Source: Candidatus Falkowbacteria bacterium S5_I03 (GTDB lineage: Bacteria; Patescibacteriota; Patescibacteriia; Patescibacteriales; UBA12465). Taken from it: a stretch of DNA of 64,000 bases. The first letter of the stretch is position 1. Each line of letters opens with the position of its first letter. The DNA lies in NCBI GenBank assembly GCA_019248265.1, contig JAEHGX010000003.1:32617-96616 (forward strand), written 5' to 3'. Position numbers and translations under genes: made by a program. Positions 36,170 to 44,799 of the stretch are shown here, in pieces. The notes beneath the pieces are model-generated. The model was given only the letters and a program-made list of their open reading frames with translations. It had not been told where the DNA came from and ran no database searches.

Positions 36170-36769
36170 TTATGCTTCTGTTATTTTAGTTGATGTATTT
36201 ATATCTATTGTTGTTAATGCTATCTGGCGCTTATCATAGTTTCTAAATGATTCAAATACTGATTTATCATATGCAGATATGTTTACTTCATTATTTTGAT
36301 TTCCACCAACACATAATAGCTTACCATCTTTTCGTTTACCAACAACGATACACACATGTCCGCCACCTACCCTTGATTTAACAGCTATTGAACCAAGACT
36401 TGGCTCATTTACTGCATAACCAAAGTTAGACCACTCCTTGGCTCTCTCAGGTACCTTTATACCATGATCTATTCCAGCTTGCTTCATCACCCATGATATA
36501 AACGAGGCACACCAGGAAACTTCATCCTCGGTATATTTACCAGCTGTTGTTGCATGATACTCCAATACTCTGGCGCTATGTAGCTTACCAGGTACTTCAT
36601 ATATCCCAACCTCTTTTAGTGCTATCTTTACATACCCTGGCGCTTCTAATGCATCTATAGCTGCTTTAGTTTCACCACCTAAATCTCCATCTGCACCAAA
36701 CTTTGGAAGTTTAGCGCCTACCTGTAATAGATAATTCTGTAATTGTTTAACTGTGTTTTTATTTCTCAT
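36170..36769 (-). CDS. endolysin: peptidoglycan-binding domain plus Cys-His (CHAP/NlpC-P60-like, TIGR02594-type) peptidase
   Basis: The N-terminal LQNYLLQVGAKLPKFGADGDLGGETKAAIDA resembles PG_binding_1. SWCASFISWV...GGHVCIVVG supplies the catalytic Cys and His context. Its start overlaps the holin stop (TAATG). Confidence 0.65.
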   Translation of the reverse strand: MRNKNTVKQLQNYLLQVGAKLPKFGADGDLGGETKAAIDALEAPGYVKIALKEVGIYEVPGKLHSARVLEYHATTAGKYTEDEVSWCASFISWVMKQAGIDHGIKVPERAKEWSNFGYAVNEPSLGSIAVKSRVGGGHVCIVVGKRKDGKLLCVGGNQNNEVNISAYDKSVFESFRNYDKRQIALTTIDINTSTKITEA

Positions 36770-37377
36770 TATTGTTCTCCAAGATGTTTCTTTTTCAACT
36801 CTTCTATTGCCTTAATAAGCTCAGGAGGTAACTGTTGCTCTACTTGCTTATCTGATGTACCAAGGAAGAAATTTATTATTGTAGCTACTATAGTACCTAA
36901 TAGGAATCCCAGTATTGTATCTGCAAATCTAACATTAGCTTCAGGAATATTTCCAAATGTTATGAATGCTATATACACCATTGCAAACACAGACCATGAT
37001 GAAGCAAGGATATATACAAACCTTTTACTGAACTTATCATCTTGCTTTAAGCTTTCAATCTGTAAACCTCTAGCATTTGATACATCATTCAAAAACATTC
37101 CAGTTCTCTCATTGTCTACACGCTTGCTCTCTATTTCAGAAAGCCTAGCTTTATGTTCAGCTTCAAGTATGGCTATTTCCTTTGATACTTCAAGTTCTCT
37201 AAGTCTAACCAATGCATCAGGATTATTTGTAAGCGCCAGTTCAATGGCTTCCGGTGTATTCTCAACACCTAATGCTTTACTTATTAATCCACCTACAGCT
37301 CCACCCATTGGACCACCTATCAATGTACCCAATACTGGCGCTGATGTACCTAGTATACTTTTTATGTTATCCCACAT
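36769..37377 (-). CDS. holin (3-TM, GTA-holin-like family)
   Basis: It has a Gly-rich N-terminus (GTLIGGPMGGAVGGLISKALG), a central amphipathic helix and C-terminal TM helices. It lies directly upstream of the endolysin. Confidence 0.55.
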   Translation of the reverse strand: MWDNIKSILGTSAPVLGTLIGGPMGGAVGGLISKALGVENTPEAIELALTNNPDALVRLRELEVSKEIAILEAEHKARLSEIESKRVDNERTGMFLNDVSNARGLQIESLKQDDKFSKRFVYILASSWSVFAMVYIAFITFGNIPEANVRFADTILGFLLGTIVATIINFFLGTSDKQVEQQLPPELIKAIEELKKKHLGEQ

Positions 37378-37386
37378 ACTTTACTC

Positions 37387-37710
37387 CTATCTTTTATTTT
37401 TAAGCTCATAGAGCTCTTTTTCTAGCTTCTTAATCTTATCGCTATCACTTATTCTATTTTCATAATAGCTAGCCTTCTCTTGCTCACTATATACTGGCGC
37501 TTTTGAACCATGAACACTATACCATACTCCAGCGCCTTGAAAGAGACTTCCTAATAATATTGTAGCTATAACTATCTTCTGTGTAAGCAAGCTTATCTTT
37601 TTATCTAGATTATTAACCAAATCAATCAATGGCTTAATCATCTCTTCAAGCTTTTGAACTCTATACTTAAGGACCTCGTATCCTTCATTTATGTTATCTG
37701 ACATGATCAC
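37387..37710 (-). CDS. membrane protein of the lysis cassette (spanin/antiholin-like, 107 aa)
   Basis: Contains a single TM helix (IVIATILLGSLFQGAGVWYSV). Position supports the call. Confidence 0.4.
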   Translation of the reverse strand: MIMSDNINEGYEVLKYRVQKLEEMIKPLIDLVNNLDKKISLLTQKIVIATILLGSLFQGAGVWYSVHGSKAPVYSEQEKASYYENRISDSDKIKKLEKELYELKNKR

Positions 37711-38416
37711 CTGCCTTAAATTTAAACTTATTTAATTCATCTAGAATTTTATCTGCATCTTCTTGTTGAAAGCAAGAACAGCTATTTCTAGCTTTGCATA
37801 TAGCCTCTTCTATTGAATCATGCCAATCAGTTATATCCCTACCAGTTCCACATGTTCCAAACATGTTTCCTTTATAGTCATATACTGGTGACTTGTTTAC
37901 TATTAGCTTCATAAGCTTACCATTTATGTTACCATGCTCAAGGAACTTCTTAGGCAATCTTGTCTCATGTATTACAACATCGCTGTTACCACAAACCTCT
38001 CCGAATGTATGATTCTCTTCACCTACTAGTTTCTTGAACTTTAGCGCCAGCTCTAAGTCGTTTTTGCCTTGAAGTTCATTCCAGCTCATTCCATAACAGA
38101 ACTTTTCTCTAAATGCTTTGTTTGCAACTATATATCTACCATCCATGTCTTTTGACCACACCATGTCATCTAGATGATCTAATACACTAACAAACAAATT
38201 TTGTTCTTTAATCCTGCTTGCTCTTTCATTCTCTAAATCTATTTTGTACTGTTCTATCGCTTTCTTGCTATCATTGTAACATTCTCTTATGTGTTTAACA
38301 TCACAACTTATCTCTCTTGTTAATCTAGGAATATCAAATATATTTACAGCATTCCATATTTTTTTAAGAACTTCTTTTGTAGAACTAGTATAATCTTTCA
38401 TCTTGTTTAAATCCAA
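37694..38416 (-). CDS. PAS-domain protein (240 aa)
   Basis: VLDHLDDMVWSKDMDGRYIVANKAFREKF...GKNDLE...VNKSPVYDYKGNMFGTCGTGRDITDW follows the PAS-fold pattern (D..G.....N.A.......G.......P......G...G......DIT). It overlaps the next lysis-cassette gene by 17 nt. Confidence 0.5.
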   Translation of the reverse strand: MDLNKMKDYTSSTKEVLKKIWNAVNIFDIPRLTREISCDVKHIRECYNDSKKAIEQYKIDLENERASRIKEQNLFVSVLDHLDDMVWSKDMDGRYIVANKAFREKFCYGMSWNELQGKNDLELALKFKKLVGEENHTFGEVCGNSDVVIHETRLPKKFLEHGNINGKLMKLIVNKSPVYDYKGNMFGTCGTGRDITDWHDSIEEAICKARNSCSCFQQEDADKILDELNKFKFKAGDHVR

Positions 38417-38680
38417 TAGTTTTAGTTTTAAATTATACTAGCCAATTAAGGCTTAATTTTTAATGAATAATGATTACTTTTATTTGCTATGTTTATATAG
38501 CTTTAATGAGATAAGCGCCAGTATTTGATGTGTTGAAAGCACACCAATCTGGCACTTCTATAGATTGTCCTGTAGTTTTACTATTATTATCTTTCATGAT
38601 GTTACGATTCCTTTTAGGATAAAATTTATCTTTAATGTAATCATAATATTTGAAAGCTTATATTTTGCTAGTGTTTAATT

Positions 38681-38926
38681 TTACTCTCCTAAGCTTTTAT
38701 TACAATGATTAGATTCTATTCTTTTTAATAAACAACACAATCTTTTATCAAACCATGTTGCAGTGCCATCATTTACTCTTCTACCTATATGTGAACTAAT
38801 TGTTTCATCTTGCGATCCGTTCCATAGCAACACATTTCCCATCTGATCGAGAACTAGTAGGAATCTCATTAATCTACTTCGTTTCTCAACATCTCTTTTG
38901 AATTTTTCCACTAATAAATCTGTCAT
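38681..38926 (-). CDS. hypothetical 81-aa protein
   Basis: ORF with a 4-nt overlap with the upstream gene. Confidence 0.5.
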   Translation of the reverse strand: MTDLLVEKFKRDVEKRSRLMRFLLVLDQMGNVLLWNGSQDETISSHIGRRVNDGTATWFDKRLCCLLKRIESNHCNKSLGE

Positions 38927-39321
38927 AGTTTACTCGCTTCTGCAAACAACTCATCTAGTTGTTCATTTGTTAAATCTAGTGCTGCAGCCATACCCAATAG
39001 TATATTGTCAGTCTTATAGAACTTATGTGCTCTTGACCAATATATTTCAACTACTGGATCACTAGCAACCATTTGTTTTACTGTAGACAGAAGTCCAATC
39101 TTATGTAATTGCAACTCTGCTTGTAGTGGTGTTATACTGTCAATATCATATTTTACACCAGCAAAAAACGCTATTGCTTCGTCAAATGTATCAAACCAAT
39201 ACCAACCATCTTGTGGATATTCGTAAGTATCTTTATCTTCTGCTTTTAATGTAACTATAGGAGAGTACACGAAGTTCTCTCCAGTCAATATTTGATTTTC
39301 ATCTTTTTTATAAAATGCCAT
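38923..39321 (-). CDS. hypothetical 132-aa protein (possible fibre-associated/assembly protein)
   Basis: Position is downstream of the fibre genes. The DGWYWFDTFDEA segment is a type often seen near fibre genes. Low confidence. Confidence 0.4.
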   Translation of the reverse strand: MAFYKKDENQILTGENFVYSPIVTLKAEDKDTYEYPQDGWYWFDTFDEAIAFFAGVKYDIDSITPLQAELQLHKIGLLSTVKQMVASDPVVEIYWSRAHKFYKTDNILLGMAAALDLTNEQLDELFAEASKL

Positions 39322-40010
39322 TTTATTTTCCTTTTATATTTATTTTTACAATTATCAAAATGCCATCTTCCCATAGCACTTGAGCCACCAGATACATTAC
39401 AATATGGGCAAGTAACAATGTTATAAGATTTACCTAGTCTTGCTTCCGATAGTTTCTTTTTAGTTTCTTCTGAGGCTTTCTTGCCTCTTAAAGAATTACC
39501 CAAATTGATTTTATGTTGTTCTGTTCTTTCGCCTTTAGGCTTACCTTTCCAAAATGTAGATAAATGTTCTTTTTGTTCATCTGACATTTTAGTACCTTTT
39601 TTACTTGGTGGAAGAAGATTTAAACTTTTACTTATTTCTGACATTTTCTTTTTAGACTCTTCTGTATGCTTTTTACCTTTAAAAGCAGAAACTTGTCCTT
39701 TTCTGTCTTCACTATACGCCTTAGACAATTTTCTCATAATCCAACCATACATTTTATTATTATATCTCTTCCCAAATTTATCAAAAGTCATAGCACTAGC
39801 AGCATATACTAACTTAGTATTATTAAGATAAATTTTCACTAATAATTGATGAGCCAAATAATGCTCTTCTGGTGTTAAGCTAACTAAGTTTTCTTGTAAA
39901 TTATTTCCACCTAAGCATTTTGGAATAATGTGATGCTTTTCACAGTACTCTAAAGTATCTCTATTTTTACCTTTCGATATAAGATTGTCATATATTTGTT
40001 TATAGTTCAC
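39285..40010 (-). CDS. HNH homing endonuclease with NUMOD3-like repeats
   Basis: The HNH core is CEKHHIIPKCLGGNNLQENLVSLTPEEHYLAH. The repeats KGKKHTEESKKKMSE and RGKKASEETKKKLSE are NUMOD3-type. It is free-standing between structural genes. Confidence 0.7.
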   Translation of the reverse strand: MNYKQIYDNLISKGKNRDTLEYCEKHHIIPKCLGGNNLQENLVSLTPEEHYLAHQLLVKIYLNNTKLVYAASAMTFDKFGKRYNNKMYGWIMRKLSKAYSEDRKGQVSAFKGKKHTEESKKKMSEISKSLNLLPPSKKGTKMSDEQKEHLSTFWKGKPKGERTEQHKINLGNSLRGKKASEETKKKLSEARLGKSYNIVTCPYCNVSGGSSAMGRWHFDNCKNKYKRKIKWHFIKKMKIKY

Positions 40011-40029
40011 ATTGTTCCTTTTATTTTTA

Positions 40030-41745
40030 TTATCCAGTTACTGTCCATCCACGAGCCGTTGCTATTGATGGGTCATCTTCACTCACTCCATAATTACCAG
40101 TTACTGTTACAGTCTGTCCTGTTACTGTTGGTAATATGCTATACATTTCATTAAGTGCTGTTGCACTCATTTTAGCATAAGCTACTGTGAATGTAAATCT
40201 TAGTGGTGTTAGCATTCTTTTTAGTGAGTAGCAATTATTTAAAACATTTGTAAGAGATGTATAAGAACTTCCTACTGTTATATTAGGCATATACTGCAAA
40301 CTATCGCAACCTAATAAAAATTGAGTAAAACCTGATGTTGTTATTGTTCCAAATACATAAGAAGGTATTGTTGTTAAACTTTTACAATAAGCTAACATAC
40401 TTTCTACTCTTATAACTCCACTACTATCACTAAATGTAGGAGCTTTCTCTAACGACCAGCAGTTATTACATAAATTTGATAAACTTGTACAACTTGTAGT
40501 AATATTAAAGTTAGGTACAGATTTTAAACTATAACAACCATCTAACATATAAGCTAGTGTAGTAGCACTTGTGTAGTTATATTCATATAAGTCTGTTAAT
40601 CTATCGCAGTTTTGAAACGCATTAGTAAAGTTAGTACAAGAACTTGTGTCAATTGCTGGACTTTCTTTAATTCTAGTAGATGTAAAAGCACTTGATATCC
40701 TTGTTATTTTACCAATCCCAGATTGTGTTAATACAATTGTAGCTAAGGATAAATTACCTAAAAATAAATTATTAATAGAATAGTCTATTGTTGCATTTAT
40801 CATTAAATCTATATACTTCAAAGACTTACAGGCATTAAACATTCCAAATATTGCATTTGTTCCATCAAATGTTACTGATATATTAATTGGATATGTTTCT
40901 CTTAGCGAATAACAATTATAAAACATAGTTTGACAAGTAACTCCAGCACTTCTAAAAGTATATGTAGGCATCTTCTGTAAAGCATAATTGTTTTGGTGCA
41001 TACTATTAAATGATGTTATATTACTTGTATCTTTTATGGATACTGATTGTAATACATAGCAATCATAGAATAGATAGCTTAATGATGTAGTTCCTAATTC
41101 TCCTATTAAGCATTGTTCTAGCATAGAGTGTTTTACATAGTTAGTAGAGCCGCCACTTGATGCTGTTCCAATTGATAAAGTTGTGCAACTTAATCCATTA
41201 ATTCTTATATCTAAAAAACCAGAAGTTAAATCATAAGATGCAGAAATACCTATTGTTGAATGATATTGATTTAGGATTATGGTTGTTAGATTTTGCCCTG
41301 ATTGTGGAGTAATAGTAATAATACATTGTTTATATCCAAAATTAGCTACTGTATCACTATTTAAATCAATATCACTATAATCATACTTATGTTCTGCTTT
41401 TACATTAGCTGCAAAATCTTCAACTACTCCGTCTCCCCAATCAACTGCATAAGCACCTTGACAAATAAATGCTACAAATTCACTATCTGTATCAAATACA
41501 GCATTTAGTATAGATACTTTTTGTACTCCATCTATACTATCAGGTATATCTAACCATTCAGTAGGTCTTACCCAAGCATCTGCAATTTCACTTCCACCTC
41601 CTCCAGTTGTTATTTCACCAATCTTAGTAGCATAGTCTCTAAATGTTGTACCAGTTGGAACAGTTACACCTTTTGCTACTATTGCATCTTTAATAGCACT
41701 CTTAGTATCTTGTAAATATAATAATTTATCTGCTGTAGTACCCAT
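40030..41745 (-). CDS. receptor-binding/tail-fibre protein with BspA-type leucine-rich repeats
   Basis: The F..C.SL units recur about 9 times (CYVLQSV, CYSLRET, CKSLKYI, CDRLTDL, CYSLKSV, CWSLEKA, CKSLTTI, CDSLQYM, CYSLKRM). The N-terminal KLLYLQDTKSAIKDAIVAKGVTVP adaptor-like segment also fits. Its start abuts the fibre gene (ATGA-type overlap). Confidence 0.55.
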   Translation of the reverse strand: MGTTADKLLYLQDTKSAIKDAIVAKGVTVPTGTTFRDYATKIGEITTGGGGSEIADAWVRPTEWLDIPDSIDGVQKVSILNAVFDTDSEFVAFICQGAYAVDWGDGVVEDFAANVKAEHKYDYSDIDLNSDTVANFGYKQCIITITPQSGQNLTTIILNQYHSTIGISASYDLTSGFLDIRINGLSCTTLSIGTASSGGSTNYVKHSMLEQCLIGELGTTSLSYLFYDCYVLQSVSIKDTSNITSFNSMHQNNYALQKMPTYTFRSAGVTCQTMFYNCYSLRETYPINISVTFDGTNAIFGMFNACKSLKYIDLMINATIDYSINNLFLGNLSLATIVLTQSGIGKITRISSAFTSTRIKESPAIDTSSCTNFTNAFQNCDRLTDLYEYNYTSATTLAYMLDGCYSLKSVPNFNITTSCTSLSNLCNNCWSLEKAPTFSDSSGVIRVESMLAYCKSLTTIPSYVFGTITTSGFTQFLLGCDSLQYMPNITVGSSYTSLTNVLNNCYSLKRMLTPLRFTFTVAYAKMSATALNEMYSILPTVTGQTVTVTGNYGVSEDDPSIATARGWTVTG

Positions 41746-43979
41746 TATATCACCTCGCCATTTATAGTATCTAATGCACTATTTATATCACCAGTTATAG
41801 TATCTATTTCTGTTTTAGTATAAGCATCAGTAATTCCGTATCCATTTAGTGTAGTAGCTGCATCTGCTTTAGCTGCTATCAAATTTTTATCATGATTCTC
41901 ATCAATTCCTGTTACTCTAACGAACAATGTACCATTACTGTGTGTATGCATTACAAATGCAACTGGCATAGCTATTTCAGTATCTAATGGTTGAATCTTA
42001 GTTAAACTTCCATTATCGTTAGGTTTTATATACAGTATGTCTCCATCTACCCAAGTCTCACCAACACTTGATCCAGTAGTATTAATATTTCTAACTTTAC
42101 CAAACACAGTTACAAACCCGTCTGCACCATTAGCAATATCTTGTGTAGCAATACCTAGCACTCTTCTAGCATTAGCCTTAGTACCATCATGTAATCCTAC
42201 TATAATTCTTCCACTACTACCTATGCTTCCTGTAGCCATTACCACTCTACCATTTGTTATTGCAGTTCCTGCTCTAACTTTAACTAGTGTTTCTTGTCCT
42301 ACTTGAAGCACACTACCATTTTCAAGTCCCATATCATATGTACCTTCTGTAGCATTCCAAGCAATCTGACCAGGACCAACAGTTATATTAGCAGCTAAAT
42401 CAAAACCTATTACATCTAAATCATTTTCTATTTTGTTTGAACTATATGTTGTATTTGTTCCTGATTCTGTGTCATCTATAACACTTAATGATAAACTTGC
42501 AAACTCTTCAGCTTTTAACATATAATGATATGCACTATATTTACCAGAAGCAACAACAACATCTTCTGCTTCACTAGCCCATTTCTCAGCTAAGTTTTTA
42601 CTTGCTAATGCATTTGCTGCAAAACCTTCAGCCTGTAATTCTATTGCTAATATCGTATCTCTTGCACTTATTGCTGACTGATTGCTTGATTCTGCATTTA
42701 TTGCACTAGTACTTGCATTACTGGCGCTTTGTAGAGCTTCTGAAGCTTTAGTTGTTGCTACACTTGCGCTTGCAATTACACTATTTGCGCTAGTTAATGC
42801 AGAGCTTGCACTTGAACTAGATTCTGATGCTTTTGTTGTAGCTATATCTGCTGAATTACTAGCCTCTGTAGCCTTAGTAGTTGCAGTATTCGCACTACTT
42901 AATGCATTTGCAGCACTAGATGTTGCCTCGTTTGCTTTTGTTGTAGCAGTGGTAGCGCTAGCTGAAGCACTTGATGCACTAGTTGATGCAGAATTAGCAC
43001 TTGATGCAGAACTTGAAGCACTAGATGAACTTGAGTTTGCGCTATTTAATGCGTTATTTGCCGATACTGATGCGCTTAATGCTGACGCAGATGCTTCTGT
43101 AGCTTTTGCAGTTGCCAATGATGCACTACTACTTGCGCTTAATGCACTAGTACTTGCTTCACTAGCTTTTTGTATAGCTATTAACTCACTAGCTTTAGCA
43201 TTTGTTTCACTTATATCAGCATTTTGTTCACTTATCAATGCATTACTGGCACTAGATTGAGCACTATTTTTTGCCACAACAGTTAAATCATATAGCTCTT
43301 GTGTTTCATTTTTGCTAGCTAATGCAGATGTAGCACTTAAAATAGAACTATCTCTATTTGCATTTGTTTCATCTCTCATTGATGTAACTTCTGATTTCAT
43401 TGTAGATACTAAGTCAGTATTTATTGAAACCTCATTTGCTCTATCATCCACTAACAATATTTCATCAAGATTAGGTAATATTTGTGTTCCAATATCACTT
43501 ATTGCATTTATAATATTTAAGTCAAACAACCCAGCATTTGTTAATATTTGAATATATTCATTTGATGTTGAATATAAATCATATTTTAAAACACTTCCAT
43601 ATTTAACTTTTATATTTAATGTTCTTAATATTGTTGAATCTGTTGATACGCTTATATTTATCAATAAATCGGTACCATTTATAGCTGATGAATTTAATAC
43701 TATAGAATCATCTATTTGTGTACTTATTTCAGACACTATATTTGCAAGCTCAACTAGCATTGATGTATTGCTATCTATTACTACTGGCGCTTTGAGAATT
43801 AATTCTTTATCTATAAATTCAGTTCTATCGAAATAACTTATTGTTGCTTCAATTGTATGATTTATTCCAGTTGGAATTAATACATTATTTTTATACAGCA
43901 CTATTGCTTTAGAATATGTGCTATTTAGGTCAGTTAAGTAATTTGCACTACTAACTAATGATTTATTATCTAACATCAC
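41745..43979 (-). CDS. tail fibre protein with a long Ala/Ser/Thr-rich repetitive shaft
   Basis: A ~190-aa low-complexity tract contains recurring ATTKA[ST]EA units. The C-terminal globular part is typical of fibre architecture. Confidence 0.55.
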   Translation of the reverse strand: MMLDNKSLVSSANYLTDLNSTYSKAIVLYKNNVLIPTGINHTIEATISYFDRTEFIDKELILKAPVVIDSNTSMLVELANIVSEISTQIDDSIVLNSSAINGTDLLINISVSTDSTILRTLNIKVKYGSVLKYDLYSTSNEYIQILTNAGLFDLNIINAISDIGTQILPNLDEILLVDDRANEVSINTDLVSTMKSEVTSMRDETNANRDSSILSATSALASKNETQELYDLTVVAKNSAQSSASNALISEQNADISETNAKASELIAIQKASEASTSALSASSSASLATAKATEASASALSASVSANNALNSANSSSSSASSSASSANSASTSASSASASATTATTKANEATSSAANALSSANTATTKATEASNSADIATTKASESSSSASSALTSANSVIASASVATTKASEALQSASNASTSAINAESSNQSAISARDTILAIELQAEGFAANALASKNLAEKWASEAEDVVVASGKYSAYHYMLKAEEFASLSLSVIDDTESGTNTTYSSNKIENDLDVIGFDLAANITVGPGQIAWNATEGTYDMGLENGSVLQVGQETLVKVRAGTAITNGRVVMATGSIGSSGRIIVGLHDGTKANARRVLGIATQDIANGADGFVTVFGKVRNINTTGSSVGETWVDGDILYIKPNDNGSLTKIQPLDTEIAMPVAFVMHTHSNGTLFVRVTGIDENHDKNLIAAKADAATTLNGYGITDAYTKTEIDTITGDINSALDTINGEVI

Positions 43980-44326
43980 AATGCTCCTAAATGCTCATCA
44001 AGAGCCATAATTAATTCACTTCCTGTTCCATTTGTTTCATATTTATATGCTGCATAATCTTCTGCTATTGATTTCTCATATGAATTAAAATTATTATTAT
44101 ATATTCCTGTATTTAATGTTCCAACTAGCATATCAATGAAATCTTTATCCCATATATATGAAACATCTCCAAATATATTTACAAATCTTTCATATGGCTC
44201 AGAATATCCAAACAATCTTTTTGTGAATGTAGCTGCTTGATCAACTGTTGCATAATCTACTTTTATTCCAGAATCTTCATCTGGCAATCCTATATTAACT
44301 TGCGACATATCCGTTACCTTCCTCAT
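43976..44326 (-). CDS. hypothetical 116-aa structural-module protein
   Basis: ORF is overlap-coupled to the fibre gene. Confidence 0.5.
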   Translation of the reverse strand: MRKVTDMSQVNIGLPDEDSGIKVDYATVDQAATFTKRLFGYSEPYERFVNIFGDVSYIWDKDFIDMLVGTLNTGIYNNNFNSYEKSIAEDYAAYKYETNGTGSELIMALDEHLGAL

Positions 44327-44714
44327 CTACTTGAATTGACTCAATCATTGAATTTACTTTACCATTGAATAATCTTATCATTTTTTCACCTTCTTCAACA
44401 TGAACAGCTGGTTTATTTTTACTTACATAGCTAGCTATAAATCTAGCTGCAGCAAAACACAAATCTTTATCCATATCCAATTCTGATTCATCATTTTCTG
44501 GCAATTCTGGATATCTTGTTAGGTAGTCACCAACTGATCCTCTTAATACTTCTTTATTCATGCTTTTTGTCATTAGTCTTAATGATTGCGCTCTACTAGC
44601 TATATCATTGAATGCAAGCATTAGTAATGATTTTAATTCAGCTTCGTTAGATGTAATCTTATTATCTCCAACCAATAATGCAGAAACAAGAACTTTTAAT
44701 TCTTTATATTTCAT
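44295..44714 (-). CDS. hypothetical 139-aa structural-module protein
   Basis: ORF downstream of the terminase gene. Confidence 0.5.
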   Translation of the reverse strand: MKYKELKVLVSALLVGDNKITSNEAELKSLLMLAFNDIASRAQSLRLMTKSMNKEVLRGSVGDYLTRYPELPENDESELDMDKDLCFAAARFIASYVSKNKPAVHVEEGEKMIRLFNGKVNSMIESIQVDEEGNGYVAS

Positions 44715-44799
44715 ATTAATAATCCTTATACTTTTATCATATATTTTACATTAATAAAGCTTTTTGTAAGCTTTATTAACTTTTTATTTTTAATATGAA

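Noticed and set aside
36743-37411. A 222-aa + strand ORF covers the holin gene.
   Set aside because: It is antisense to a holin-like gene that is translationally coupled to the endolysin. Its composition is low-complexity and it has no RBS.
42682-43260. A 192-aa + strand ORF lies antisense to the Ala/Ser-rich fibre shaft.
   Set aside because: GCT/GCA/AGT repeat codons read as Ala/Leu-rich on the opposite strand. This is an artefact of the repeat.
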